From a virus (taxonomy: Duplodnaviria > Caudoviricetes), in IMG/VR virus record IMGVR_UViG_3300045599_000040, positions 1 through 64,000 of that record: a stretch of DNA of 64,000 nt, one strand, 5' to 3'. The notes under the pieces are model-generated. The model saw nothing but the letters and a program-made list of their open reading frames with translations. It searched no databases and was not told where the DNA came from. A program made the position numbers and the translations under genes. Below are positions 50,099 through 58,620 of the stretch, one piece after another. Every line of letters begins with the position of its first letter. The stretch's first letter is position 1.

Positions 50099-51586
50099 TT
50101 GAGTCAGTATGTTATTAAACATGTGGCTATTTATCTTCGTAAATCAAGAGGAGATGAAGATTCAGACTTAGAAAAACACAGAGCAGAATTGATTGATTTA
50201 TGTAGACAAAACGATTGGGCATATGTTGAATATGCAGAAGTTGGGACATCAGACTCAATTTCTCTTAGGCCAAAAATGACTGAATTAATGCAAGACATTG
50301 AACAAAGAATGTATGATGCTATTGTCACGATTCACATTGACAGATTAAGTCGTGGTGATGAAGTGGATCGTGCCACAATAAGCAAGCTCTTAGCTAGAAC
50401 AGAAACACTATTGGTTACACCACATAGAGTTTATGATTACAATAATGATACGGATATGCTCTTAGCAGAGTTTGAGGGCATGATGGCGAGAATGGAATAT
50501 AAACAAATATCTCGCCGTTTTCGACAGGGTAAGGCAAGAAATGCCAAACAAGGGCTGTGGTCAAATGGTGTTCCACCATTCCCATATGTGAGAAACCCAC
50601 AAACAGGCAAGGCTGAACCTGATGAAGCAAAGTTGCCAATATATCGCTTCATGATTGATAAATGCCTAGAAGGTTGGTCATGCACAGACATTGCTTGGGA
50701 GCTTAACAAAATGGGAGTTCCATCTCCAAAAGATGGGCTATGGAGTCCAGGGGTAGTTAGAAGGTTAGTGCGAGATGAAGTCCATCTTGGGAAAATTGTT
50801 GTAGGCAAAAAAAGAAAGCTGACTGCTTCGGGAGACATTGTATATAAACCAAAAGAAGAGTGGATTGTTTATAATAACTGCCACAAGCCAGTGAAAACAC
50901 AATTGGAGCATGATAAAATACTATTCATTATTAATAGACACATCAATACACCTAAAGCAAGTCGGTCAGGGAAAAATCAATTTTCAGGACTTATTGTATG
51001 TGCAAAATGCAATAGCACCATGCAAATACAAAAAAGGACTGGAAGAACATACGATTCACTCAAGTCATGCAATCACCGTGATCCCTTCGGTGAAAGATGC
51101 GTTAATTTTGGTGGGCAGATTGAAACAATACAACAGTATGTTTTAGCCGCAATAAAAGATAAAGAAGAAAAACTATTAGAAGCTATCAAAAAGGGATTGG
51201 GTTCTGATGATTTAAATAACCTTCATGAGTTAGCAAATGCTAAGCTTGTAGAGATTAAGGAGCAAGAAAAAGCAATTGACCGCATATATGATTTTTTAGA
51301 AAAAGGAAGGTATACAGAAGAGCAATTCGATGAAAGGTTTGGGAAGGCGAACGCTGCATTAAGTAAACTTGAAGAAGAGTACCAAATAATCAAAACTCAA
51401 TTAAACAACACACTAAATGCTCGCAATGAAGACATGCTCATCAGCGTTAGAGATGTGATCAACATCGCAGAAAACATAGACGATCCCAAAGAAGTAAATA
51501 GAGCATACAAAAGCATTTTACAAAATATTCAATGGCTAAGAGAGGAAATGGACACTCCTCCAAAAATAATTGTAAATTTTCTTTAG
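50099..51586 (+). CDS. Large serine recombinase (integrase)
   Basis: YLRKSR, IDRLSR, recombinase domain, Zn ribbon CAKC, coiled coil. Confidence 0.95.
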   Translation: MSQYVIKHVAIYLRKSRGDEDSDLEKHRAELIDLCRQNDWAYVEYAEVGTSDSISLRPKMTELMQDIEQRMYDAIVTIHIDRLSRGDEVDRATISKLLARTETLLVTPHRVYDYNNDTDMLLAEFEGMMARMEYKQISRRFRQGKARNAKQGLWSNGVPPFPYVRNPQTGKAEPDEAKLPIYRFMIDKCLEGWSCTDIAWELNKMGVPSPKDGLWSPGVVRRLVRDEVHLGKIVVGKKRKLTASGDIVYKPKEEWIVYNNCHKPVKTQLEHDKILFIINRHINTPKASRSGKNQFSGLIVCAKCNSTMQIQKRTGRTYDSLKSCNHRDPFGERCVNFGGQIETIQQYVLAAIKDKEEKLLEAIKKGLGSDDLNNLHELANAKLVEIKEQEKAIDRIYDFLEKGRYTEEQFDERFGKANAALSKLEEEYQIIKTQLNNTLNARNEDMLISVRDVINIAENIDDPKEVNRAYKSILQNIQWLREEMDTPPKIIVNFL

Positions 51587-51649
51587 GGGTTTAGTATGTA
51601 TAAAGGTTAAAAAGCCTTATGTATCAAGGCTTTGAAGCCTAGTTGATAT

Positions 51650-51697
51650 TGGTTCGTTCATAGATAACTCACGGAAGTGTAGTCAGTAAACGAACCA
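51650..51697. other. Candidate attP (48-bp imperfect inverted repeat, central GG)
   Basis: TGGTTCGTT...AACGAACCA arms directly downstream of the integrase, nested in a 16-bp outer inverted repeat. Confidence 0.5.
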
Positions 51698-51774
51698 TAT
51701 AGACTGTACTAAACCCCTAAAGGTTTGCTAATATAAATAGTACAATTCTAAAGAGAGGATACCTAAATTAAAAC

Positions 51775-52473
51775 ATGAAAAACACTAAGGCATATAGAGA
51801 TAAAAAGTATATAGAAGCATGTGATATTGTTGCTAAAGAAGGCTATAAAATGCTATCCGATGAATGGACTGGTTATCGTTCATATTATATACTTCAATGT
51901 CCTAATGAGCATAAGTATACTGTTCAGTGGGCTGAGTTCAAAAGAGGTACAAGATGTCGAAAATGTCATAGCCAGAGTTTAATGATTAAAAATCCAAGTT
52001 TTAAAGGGAAAACAAGAGAAGAACATAGAAGAGAGATGACAAAATTATTTACGTCTGAGCTAACATCGGAAGGATATATGTATGGCGATGATTTTAAATA
52101 TATAAATTCCTCAACTAAAATACCTGTTAAATGTATGAATCAACATGATTGGGAAGTCAGTTGGAATACTTGGACAAGCGGGAAGAGATGTCGAGATTGC
52201 TTTATTGAAAGAACAAGGAAATCCAATGAAGAGATTAAATTAGAACTTGAGTTAGAAGGATGCCAATTAATTGGACAATATTATGGTGCGGATAAACCTT
52301 TTAAATATATCTGCTCCTGTGGCAATAAAAGCACTATAAGAATAGGAGATTTTAGAAGAGGAGTTAGATGCTCAAGGTGTGTAGGAGACAGAACAAAGGA
52401 GTCTCGTAGACAAAAAAGAATGGAAGAGCTAAGGTTGTTTGACTTCAATGAAAAGACACCTCCTTCAAGATAA
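51775..52473 (+). CDS. Protein of three Zn-ribbon repeats (homing-endonuclease-like DNA-binding repeats, no nuclease domain evident)
   Basis: CPNEH..RCRKC; CMNQH..RCRDC; CSCG..RCSRC. Confidence 0.65.
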   Translation: MKNTKAYRDKKYIEACDIVAKEGYKMLSDEWTGYRSYYILQCPNEHKYTVQWAEFKRGTRCRKCHSQSLMIKNPSFKGKTREEHRREMTKLFTSELTSEGYMYGDDFKYINSSTKIPVKCMNQHDWEVSWNTWTSGKRCRDCFIERTRKSNEEIKLELELEGCQLIGQYYGADKPFKYICSCGNKSTIRIGDFRRGVRCSRCVGDRTKESRRQKRMEELRLFDFNEKTPPSR

Positions 52474-52489
52474 TTGCAGGAGGTGTCTT
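52453..52489. terminator. Hairpin at the convergence of the two arms
   Basis: AAGACACCTCCT/AGGAGGTGTCTT stem. Confidence 0.6.
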
Positions 52490-52501
52490 AGTAATAATAA
52501 C

Positions 52502-52756
52502 TTAGAGGCAGAAATCGTTTATATCATGTATTCGTTTTTGAACATACCGCGCTTTTACTCTTGCTTCTTCTTTTCTTTCCTTGCCAGATACTTCATCAAA
52601 CATCATTCTAATTAATACCTCTTGCTCTTTGACCAAGTCACTAAGTAAATATGTGTTGTCAATTCTTTTCTTAAATTCCTCGCTCAACTCAACTTTATCA
52701 TACATTTTTCCACTGCTCTCCAAATTCATTTTTAAACGACTTGAGAGCAGATTCAA
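52502..52756 (-). CDS. Hypothetical protein, last gene of the late arm
   Basis: ORF track. Confidence 0.45.
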   Translation of the reverse strand: MNLLSSRLKMNLESSGKMYDKVELSEEFKKRIDNTYLLSDLVKEQEVLIRMMFDEVSGKERKEEARVKARYVQKRIHDINDFCL

Positions 52757-53060
52757 TCAATAATTTGATTTCGTTTTCATTCAGTTTAATTTTATTTTGC
52801 ACAGCAAGACTTACTAGTGCCTCAACTGCTTTATTGTACTTATCTTCACCGTTATAATCTTTGTACACTTGTTGAATAAACAACACTGCAATTTTAGCTA
52901 ATTTTTGTTTATTTTCGAGTTCTTGCTTAATCCTTTCCAATTTCTCAATACCAACCTTTTCCTTCAAAAAACTAAAGGTCAATGTCCCTAAAGCACCCAT
53001 ACCAACAATGATCAGCGAGTAAATAACATTAAGCAACATATCCATAATTTCTTGATTCAT
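52698..53060 (-). CDS. Holin, LL-H family-like
   Basis: N-terminal TM; AVLFIQQVY...KYNKAV...LIESAL. Confidence 0.75.
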   Translation of the reverse strand: MNQEIMDMLLNVIYSLIIVGMGALGTLTFSFLKEKVGIEKLERIKQELENKQKLAKIAVLFIQQVYKDYNGEDKYNKAVEALVSLAVQNKIKLNENEIKLLIESALKSFKNEFGEQWKNV

Positions 53061-53079
53061 TCAGAAACACTCCTTTTAT

Positions 53080-53352
53080 TTATTTTCTTTCTTTTGTTTG
53101 CTTGTAAGCTTGGTGAAAAAATACTGCTAAACCGCCAGCAAGAATACCTTGAATAAACGCTTCAGCTGTTAGTCCCAGCAATAGAAAAGATAGGATTGTC
53201 CCTATTCCTGGCAGAATCCATACAATGAGCCAATCAGCAATTTTAGGAGACTTTTTTATGAATAATCCAATTAGCATTAATGCCACAACAACAGGCATCA
53301 TCTGCTCTAATAAATATTGCTGGATTAACTCAGCAACAATTGTAGCTTCCAT
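53080..53352 (-). CDS. Holin (3-TM phage holin family)
   Basis: IGLFIKK...ADWLIVWIL; AFIQGILAGGLAVFFHQAYKQ. Confidence 0.8.
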   Translation of the reverse strand: MEATIVAELIQQYLLEQMMPVVVALMLIGLFIKKSPKIADWLIVWILPGIGTILSFLLLGLTAEAFIQGILAGGLAVFFHQAYKQTKERK

Positions 53353-53356
53353 CTAT

Positions 53357-54751
53357 TTATTCCTCCTTTACGATTGGTGAATAACCTTTCATTTTTAATT
53401 CTTCAGCTAATTTTTCTGCATTTTCTCGAATGGAAAAAGCTCCAACTTGTACGCGATACAACACACTCTCTTTAGGCTTAGGATTGTCACCGACTGACTC
53501 AGGTGGTGAATATTTGTAGCCCAATTCTTCAGTTATCACTTTAACTACGGCCTCAGCATAGGTCTTCCAGTTGTTTATTAAGTTGACCATATCTTCGTTG
53601 TTATCTATGAAAGCATATTCAATGATTGTAGTATCAACCTTCCCTGTATCGCGGTGCATGTAATAGTAGTCTTTTCCATTAGCCCCTTGTCGTGAGAAGG
53701 CTCTACGTTTGTACTGACCAGCAGCAACAATAGCGTCTAAAAGCTTATTAGCCAATTTACCATCGCTAAATATACTGTAAATCGTTTCTACCCCACGCCC
53801 ACCACCTGCATTAATATGATTGGAGATACAATACTTGGCTCCACTTTTTTTAATAATTGCTGTACGAGTAGTGGAATCAAGACTGATATCTGAATCACGG
53901 GTTAATGCAACAGGAACTCCTAATTGTTTAAAACGTTCGTATTGGTAAAGGCTAATTACTAATGTAAAATCCTTTTCTCTAAAACCATCAAAAGTTGCAC
54001 CAGGATCTGTTCCCCCATGTCCAGCATCAATTACTAATTTTGGCTTATTTGTTACTGGAACTTCTTCTTTTGGTGTATTGTCAATTGGTTTTTCATTTTC
54101 ATTTTTCAGCCAAATAGCAATTGCATTGGAAATTTTTCTTCTTTCAGGTTGAGTGTTAACACGTTGTCCTTTTACTAAGCAAAGAGAACTGCCGCCACCA
54201 TCAAATCCTAAAAAGTGAGTGACACCATGCTTCTTTGCTTCTGTAATCATTTCTGGATAAGTCATTTTCTTACTAGAATCTGTAACGAATATTTGATACT
54301 CCAATGTCTTCTCGTTTAAGCCAAAGGCTGTCCTCATATGCCTTCCATTTACTATTCCCTTATCTAACTGATTGCCTATAAATTGAGGAAGGAGAAGGGG
54401 AGAGGACTCAATTGCCCAATCATAGTCTTTTGCCACTTCAGAAAATGATTTATCTACTGTTTTAAAATGAATTGAATCACCTTTGCCACATAGAGCGAAA
54501 CCATACTTAACAGCACTTTTATCACGAATAATCGAACCATAGGATTTCGCTGCTCCAAGAGTCCAACCATCGACAAAATTAAAAAAACCTGCATTAAATA
54601 TAATGTCAGGTTTAGAGGATAAGCGATTATACATTTCTTCTAAGGTTTCACCTTTGCCACGGCACATAATTAGTTGTGTATCTTTAATTTCATTTTTATT
54701 AAAACGGACTATATTTAACCCATTAGCTTTATCAGTTTTCATTTTAATCAA
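53357..54751 (-). CDS. Endolysin: phosphodiester glycosidase (NAGPA-like) + Amidase_3 + SPOR
   Basis: FNAGFF, RHMRTAFG, FDGGGSS; IDAGHGGTDPGA, SNHINAGG, IEYAF; YRVQVGAFS..NAE. Confidence 0.85.
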   Translation of the reverse strand: MIKMKTDKANGLNIVRFNKNEIKDTQLIMCRGKGETLEEMYNRLSSKPDIIFNAGFFNFVDGWTLGAAKSYGSIIRDKSAVKYGFALCGKGDSIHFKTVDKSFSEVAKDYDWAIESSPLLLPQFIGNQLDKGIVNGRHMRTAFGLNEKTLEYQIFVTDSSKKMTYPEMITEAKKHGVTHFLGFDGGGSSLCLVKGQRVNTQPERRKISNAIAIWLKNENEKPIDNTPKEEVPVTNKPKLVIDAGHGGTDPGATFDGFREKDFTLVISLYQYERFKQLGVPVALTRDSDISLDSTTRTAIIKKSGAKYCISNHINAGGGRGVETIYSIFSDGKLANKLLDAIVAAGQYKRRAFSRQGANGKDYYYMHRDTGKVDTTIIEYAFIDNNEDMVNLINNWKTYAEAVVKVITEELGYKYSPPESVGDNPKPKESVLYRVQVGAFSIRENAEKLAEELKMKGYSPIVKEE

Positions 54752-54773
54752 CTCCTTCTAAAAATGGTAAAAG

Positions 54774-55193
54774 CTATTGTATTAAAAGTTTTATACCTTC
54801 TTGAGCAGGAACGCCAATTAACGCACCTATCAATAAAAGAAAGGCAATCCAAAGGTACTTTTTGTCATTAGAGTCAGAGTTTCGTTGAACCAAATTATTT
54901 GATTTATTTTCGTTATTTTTATTTTTATTAATGTCATATCTCAATGTTTGAACTTCTTTGCTAATCCCATCTAGTTTTTCATCTTGTTTGTCCATTCGCT
55001 TATCTCTCATATTTGAACGTTCTTCTTGTTGTTCCATAAGAGTTGTCATTTTTACAATTGCTTCTCGAATTACTGTAATATTCTCACTGTCCTTTTCAGC
55101 TTTATCTTTTATTTTTTCAACATCTTTTTCTAGCTTTTCAATTTTTACATTGAGTACTTCTAAAGGTGGGGTAGAGGACACATCTATACACAA
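54774..55193 (-). CDS. XhlA-like coiled-coil plus C-terminal TM lysis-associated protein
   Basis: Long coiled coil then YLWIAFLLLIGALIGV; first gene of the lysis cassette. Confidence 0.6.
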   Translation of the reverse strand: MCIDVSSTPPLEVLNVKIEKLEKDVEKIKDKAEKDSENITVIREAIVKMTTLMEQQEERSNMRDKRMDKQDEKLDGISKEVQTLRYDINKNKNNENKSNNLVQRNSDSNDKKYLWIAFLLLIGALIGVPAQEGIKLLIQ

Positions 55194-55208
55194 CCCTTCT
55201 TGAAATTT

Positions 55209-55233
55209 AAAAAGAGAGGAATTTCCTCTCTTT
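55209..55233 (-). terminator. Terminator-like hairpin just before the lysis cassette
   Basis: AAAGAGAGGA/TCCTCTCTTT stem; T5 on the minus strand. Confidence 0.6.
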
Positions 55234-55234
55234 C

Positions 55235-55281
55235 ATACTATATATAGATATTTATTACATTAAAAACACAATATATAGTGT
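55235..55281. promoter_or_regulatory. Tandem NrdR-box-like sites
   Basis: ATACTATATATAGATA (55235) and a perfect-consensus ACACAATATATAGTGT (55266), 31 bp apart. Confidence 0.65.
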
Positions 55282-55406
55282 AAAAAATCCATTAAAATGG
55301 CTCTTTTAACTGGAAAAAATCTACTTGTAATCTAATATACCTATCCCCTACCAAGATTTAATAAGTAGGGTAGAGGAGGGGATAGGTAGGGGAGAAGCTA
55401 TTAAAA

Positions 55407-55694
55407 TTAAATAATACCTCTATGAAATGGAACATATTTATCAATAGATTTTCCATTTATAAATAAAACATAAACTTCTTCACCTTCAGCAAAAGTCACT
55501 TTAGGATTACATGGTATTTGTTGCTCTTTTTTTGATCCATCCACAAAAACATTTAACAGCGTAGGGGAGATGACATCTTTAACCTTACCTAGATGCCAAT
55601 CGGTTTTTAGTAAATTTTCATTCTCTAAGATAGTGTATACAACATCTTTAATAGTTGTATATATTTCATATTTTAATTGATTAGGATCAGACAT
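55407..55694 (-). CDS. Small tail/baseplate-associated protein
   Basis: End of tail operon; HLGKVKDV..LLNVFVDG...EEVYVLFING. Confidence 0.6.
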   Translation of the reverse strand: MSDPNQLKYEIYTTIKDVVYTILENENLLKTDWHLGKVKDVISPTLLNVFVDGSKKEQQIPCNPKVTFAEGEEVYVLFINGKSIDKYVPFHRGII

Positions 55695-55713
55695 TTTTTC
55701 ATTACCTCCTTAA

Positions 55714-57663
55714 TCATTCAATGAAATCCCAATCAGTAATAACTTTTTTTTGTTTTACACATTCACAAGTCATGATACTAGGATTGATTGGTAATGAAAA
55801 TCTTTCAAGTAAGTATTTACCTTCAACACTGTTTTCTTCATCAACTATTTCAATTATTTCTCCAGCATCATGTATGTAATTAGGAGTAATACTTAAACTA
55901 ACTCTTTCAGCGTATTGCAATCGATGCATTAATTCATACTTTGCTCGCCATTTACACTCGTCATCTGTAGTTAATAATCCGTCAGGATTTCCATTGTTAT
56001 GAAAGTATGTAAGTGTTCCAATTTTTTGAATTGAATAGGGATTTCCTCTCCATATAGGATTTTCTTCATCAACAATTATTTCAAAAGAGCTAATAGCCGT
56101 TTGCCCAGAACCACCTAGAACAATTATATGATTTGCTAATTCAGTCTCGTCAAACTTTCTAATATTACCTGTATAAAATTTTTCATTGGGATCGTTATAG
56201 CGATAAAACCAATGAATAGGTTCATTATCATATGCATCTAAGTCAATTTTTTTAAATCTAAGATAACCAAACACATCGTAATAGATTATCCCTTTTGCTA
56301 ATAAACTTAATTCTTCTAATGCTTTATATATATTGTCACCAGCCTGATAAGTAAGAGTATAGGGGACTGTTTCAGTTATTTCGTCAAAGTTAAAAAGGGT
56401 TTCTCCAGACTTCATTGCGATTAATTTTAATGCTTCACCAATATTCAATCCTTCTTCAAGAGTAGTCTCATAAATGAATTTCCCTCTTCGGTCAGTCATT
56501 AACCACATTTTATCCTGACCAGTAATAACTGTTTTCTTTCCATCTGCTGTATGGGAATCTTGTGGTTCAGAAATAATAAAAACTCCTTGGGGAGCATATT
56601 CAACACTGCCATCAGGAAGTTTTAATCCTATATACAGCTTTACACGTTTATCAATCCAAATTAAATTATTTTCTCCCCAATCAAATAGATTGTTATTGTT
56701 ATTTAAACTAAAAGAGAATGTTCTTCGAACAGGTCTTCGTAAATCAACACTTACTTCTCCAAGATCTTTTTCACTTACTTCTTTTGTAAATTCACTTATA
56801 TAGCTCATGTTGGAGTCATAAAACTCTAGTTTCACAAACAATTTCTTAGTTGAAGATTGCATGACTCTAATAAAATCTTGGCTAACAGGGATAGACCCAA
56901 TAAGAGTAGTTGGAGATTTATCTGGAGAGTCCTCTGAATAATCTACTGTGAACGTTCCAGTTTTAGTATCAGTTTTTGATCCAATGCTATCTTCTGCCCA
57001 AACATAAACTAAATGAGGTGTATGAGAGGTTAGTACGCCTGTTATTTCTTTTAAATCATCAAACAACTTACCATTTTTGTATACTAAACGTTTATTAAAA
57101 CTATTTTCAGTGCCACTTGAAATTATAGTTGTTAGTACACCCTCAAAGACATTATCTATTTTATACTTGATAGTAATTACATTACCAACATAAGAGTCAA
57201 AAATCTTACCGCTAATATTTAGTGTCATCCCATCTTTTAACTCTACATCATCTGGAGAAGCTAACTCTATAGTAGGGGGGTGGTACTCAAAAATTTCAAA
57301 GTTGCTTTTATATGACGCATTTTGGGTTTTGTTATCAACTGATTTTATAGTGAAATTTTGTTTTACAGAAAAAAGGGCTGATTGATTAACTGATAAATTT
57401 ACATTATCTCCATTATCAACAATAATGTATGGGGATTCAGTAAAGCCCCCAGAAGGAGTGAATCCTAGATTCCTAATAAAAACCTTATCTCCAATTTTAA
57501 GGGGGAAATTAGTAACAGTATATTTATGACCACCACTTCTTGCGTAGCTATGCTCTACAAGCATTGTGCTTGACCTTGGGGTATTTTGTTCATACTGAAC
57601 ATATTCTAGAGTATTACTTACATATCTAGCCATTACAGTGCCATTCAATTTTTGCGCAGACAA
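55714..57663 (-). CDS. Tail hub/Tal-like structural protein with N-terminal Ig-like extension
   Basis: VDLRRPVRRTFSFSL, PQGVFII, GQDKM, YYDVFGYLRF. Confidence 0.7.
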   Translation of the reverse strand: MSAQKLNGTVMARYVSNTLEYVQYEQNTPRSSTMLVEHSYARSGGHKYTVTNFPLKIGDKVFIRNLGFTPSGGFTESPYIIVDNGDNVNLSVNQSALFSVKQNFTIKSVDNKTQNASYKSNFEIFEYHPPTIELASPDDVELKDGMTLNISGKIFDSYVGNVITIKYKIDNVFEGVLTTIISSGTENSFNKRLVYKNGKLFDDLKEITGVLTSHTPHLVYVWAEDSIGSKTDTKTGTFTVDYSEDSPDKSPTTLIGSIPVSQDFIRVMQSSTKKLFVKLEFYDSNMSYISEFTKEVSEKDLGEVSVDLRRPVRRTFSFSLNNNNNLFDWGENNLIWIDKRVKLYIGLKLPDGSVEYAPQGVFIISEPQDSHTADGKKTVITGQDKMWLMTDRRGKFIYETTLEEGLNIGEALKLIAMKSGETLFNFDEITETVPYTLTYQAGDNIYKALEELSLLAKGIIYYDVFGYLRFKKIDLDAYDNEPIHWFYRYNDPNEKFYTGNIRKFDETELANHIIVLGGSGQTAISSFEIIVDEENPIWRGNPYSIQKIGTLTYFHNNGNPDGLLTTDDECKWRAKYELMHRLQYAERVSLSITPNYIHDAGEIIEIVDEENSVEGKYLLERFSLPINPSIMTCECVKQKKVITDWDFIE

Positions 57664-57676
57664 TTAAATCACCCCC

Positions 57677-58549
57677 TTATGAATTCATGAAGTTATCATA
57701 ATCATCAATCTCTAGTAAATCCAATGTGATTTCTAAATAATCAAAACCATTCCATACATTAAGTGGTTGACTCGTTCTTAAATTTGATACATCACAAACA
57801 AAAATACGACCATCTCCTGATTTTACAATCATAGGAATGTGTTTTTGAACAAACATCTGAAGCACTTTCTTATATTCCTTACCTGATCTGTCAAACTCAG
57901 AAGGAATGAGTACAGTTGAAAGCGAGAATGTAGTATATTCTTTATTGGTGTAATAAACTTGAGGGTATTTATTCAGCGTCTCAAGAACAACTCGACCTTG
58001 ATTCAATTGAGTATCAACATTTCCTACAGATCCAATAGCCTTATCAAAACTAAGCGTTGTATTAGCTGTTTTATCAACAATCCACCAACCAGTAAAATCC
58101 GAACTAGCTGTTACTTCATTAGGTAATCCTTCGATATTATTTTCTCCTATAGGCGTAATCGAATAAATAAACTCATCATGTGGCTGTGTAATATCTAACC
58201 ACTCGAACCTAGTGTTATTTACAAAATCCTTATACCCAAGTGTAAATGCATTTATTTCTCCTACATTTCTTCTTTTAATTGCAAATTTGATAATTTTCAA
58301 GTTTGAATTTTGTACGTTACCACCTTCAAGAGAGCCATCTGCAAAATCAAATAATGCTAAAGTATCTATTTGCCAAGGTTCTTTTTTATTTTCCATGCCA
58401 ATATCGACACGACTTCTGACGTGAACTTCATCAAAAATTGCATTTTTCATTTCAATATAATTCATTTTTCTTACTGGTGGAGTAGTTGAACGGAAATAAC
58501 TTTCATAACCATAGAATGAAAGACCCATTAATGGAAGCAATTTTGTCAC
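57677..58549 (-). CDS. Minor tail protein (Dit-like C-terminal region)
   Basis: FN3-like IKRR..YSITP; PMIVKSGDGRIFVC. Confidence 0.6.
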   Translation of the reverse strand: MTKLLPLMGLSFYGYESYFRSTTPPVRKMNYIEMKNAIFDEVHVRSRVDIGMENKKEPWQIDTLALFDFADGSLEGGNVQNSNLKIIKFAIKRRNVGEINAFTLGYKDFVNNTRFEWLDITQPHDEFIYSITPIGENNIEGLPNEVTASSDFTGWWIVDKTANTTLSFDKAIGSVGNVDTQLNQGRVVLETLNKYPQVYYTNKEYTTFSLSTVLIPSEFDRSGKEYKKVLQMFVQKHIPMIVKSGDGRIFVCDVSNLRTSQPLNVWNGFDYLEITLDLLEIDDYDNFMNS

Positions 58550-58620
58550 CTCTCAAATCAAAAATGGAACAGTCTAAAATTTTAGATTTTAGACTGTTCC
58601 ATTATAAATATTGTTATATT

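Larger units (their letters stand above)
514..55309. repeat. Dispersed 17-bp palindrome TAAAA-N6-TTTTAA, about 17 intergenic copies
   Basis: Starts at 514, 1623, 16587, 16793 (variant), 17269 (variant), 17923, 18578, 28153, 34182, 36594, 36845, 37087, 42859, 47323, 47854, 48711, 55293. Confidence 0.85.
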
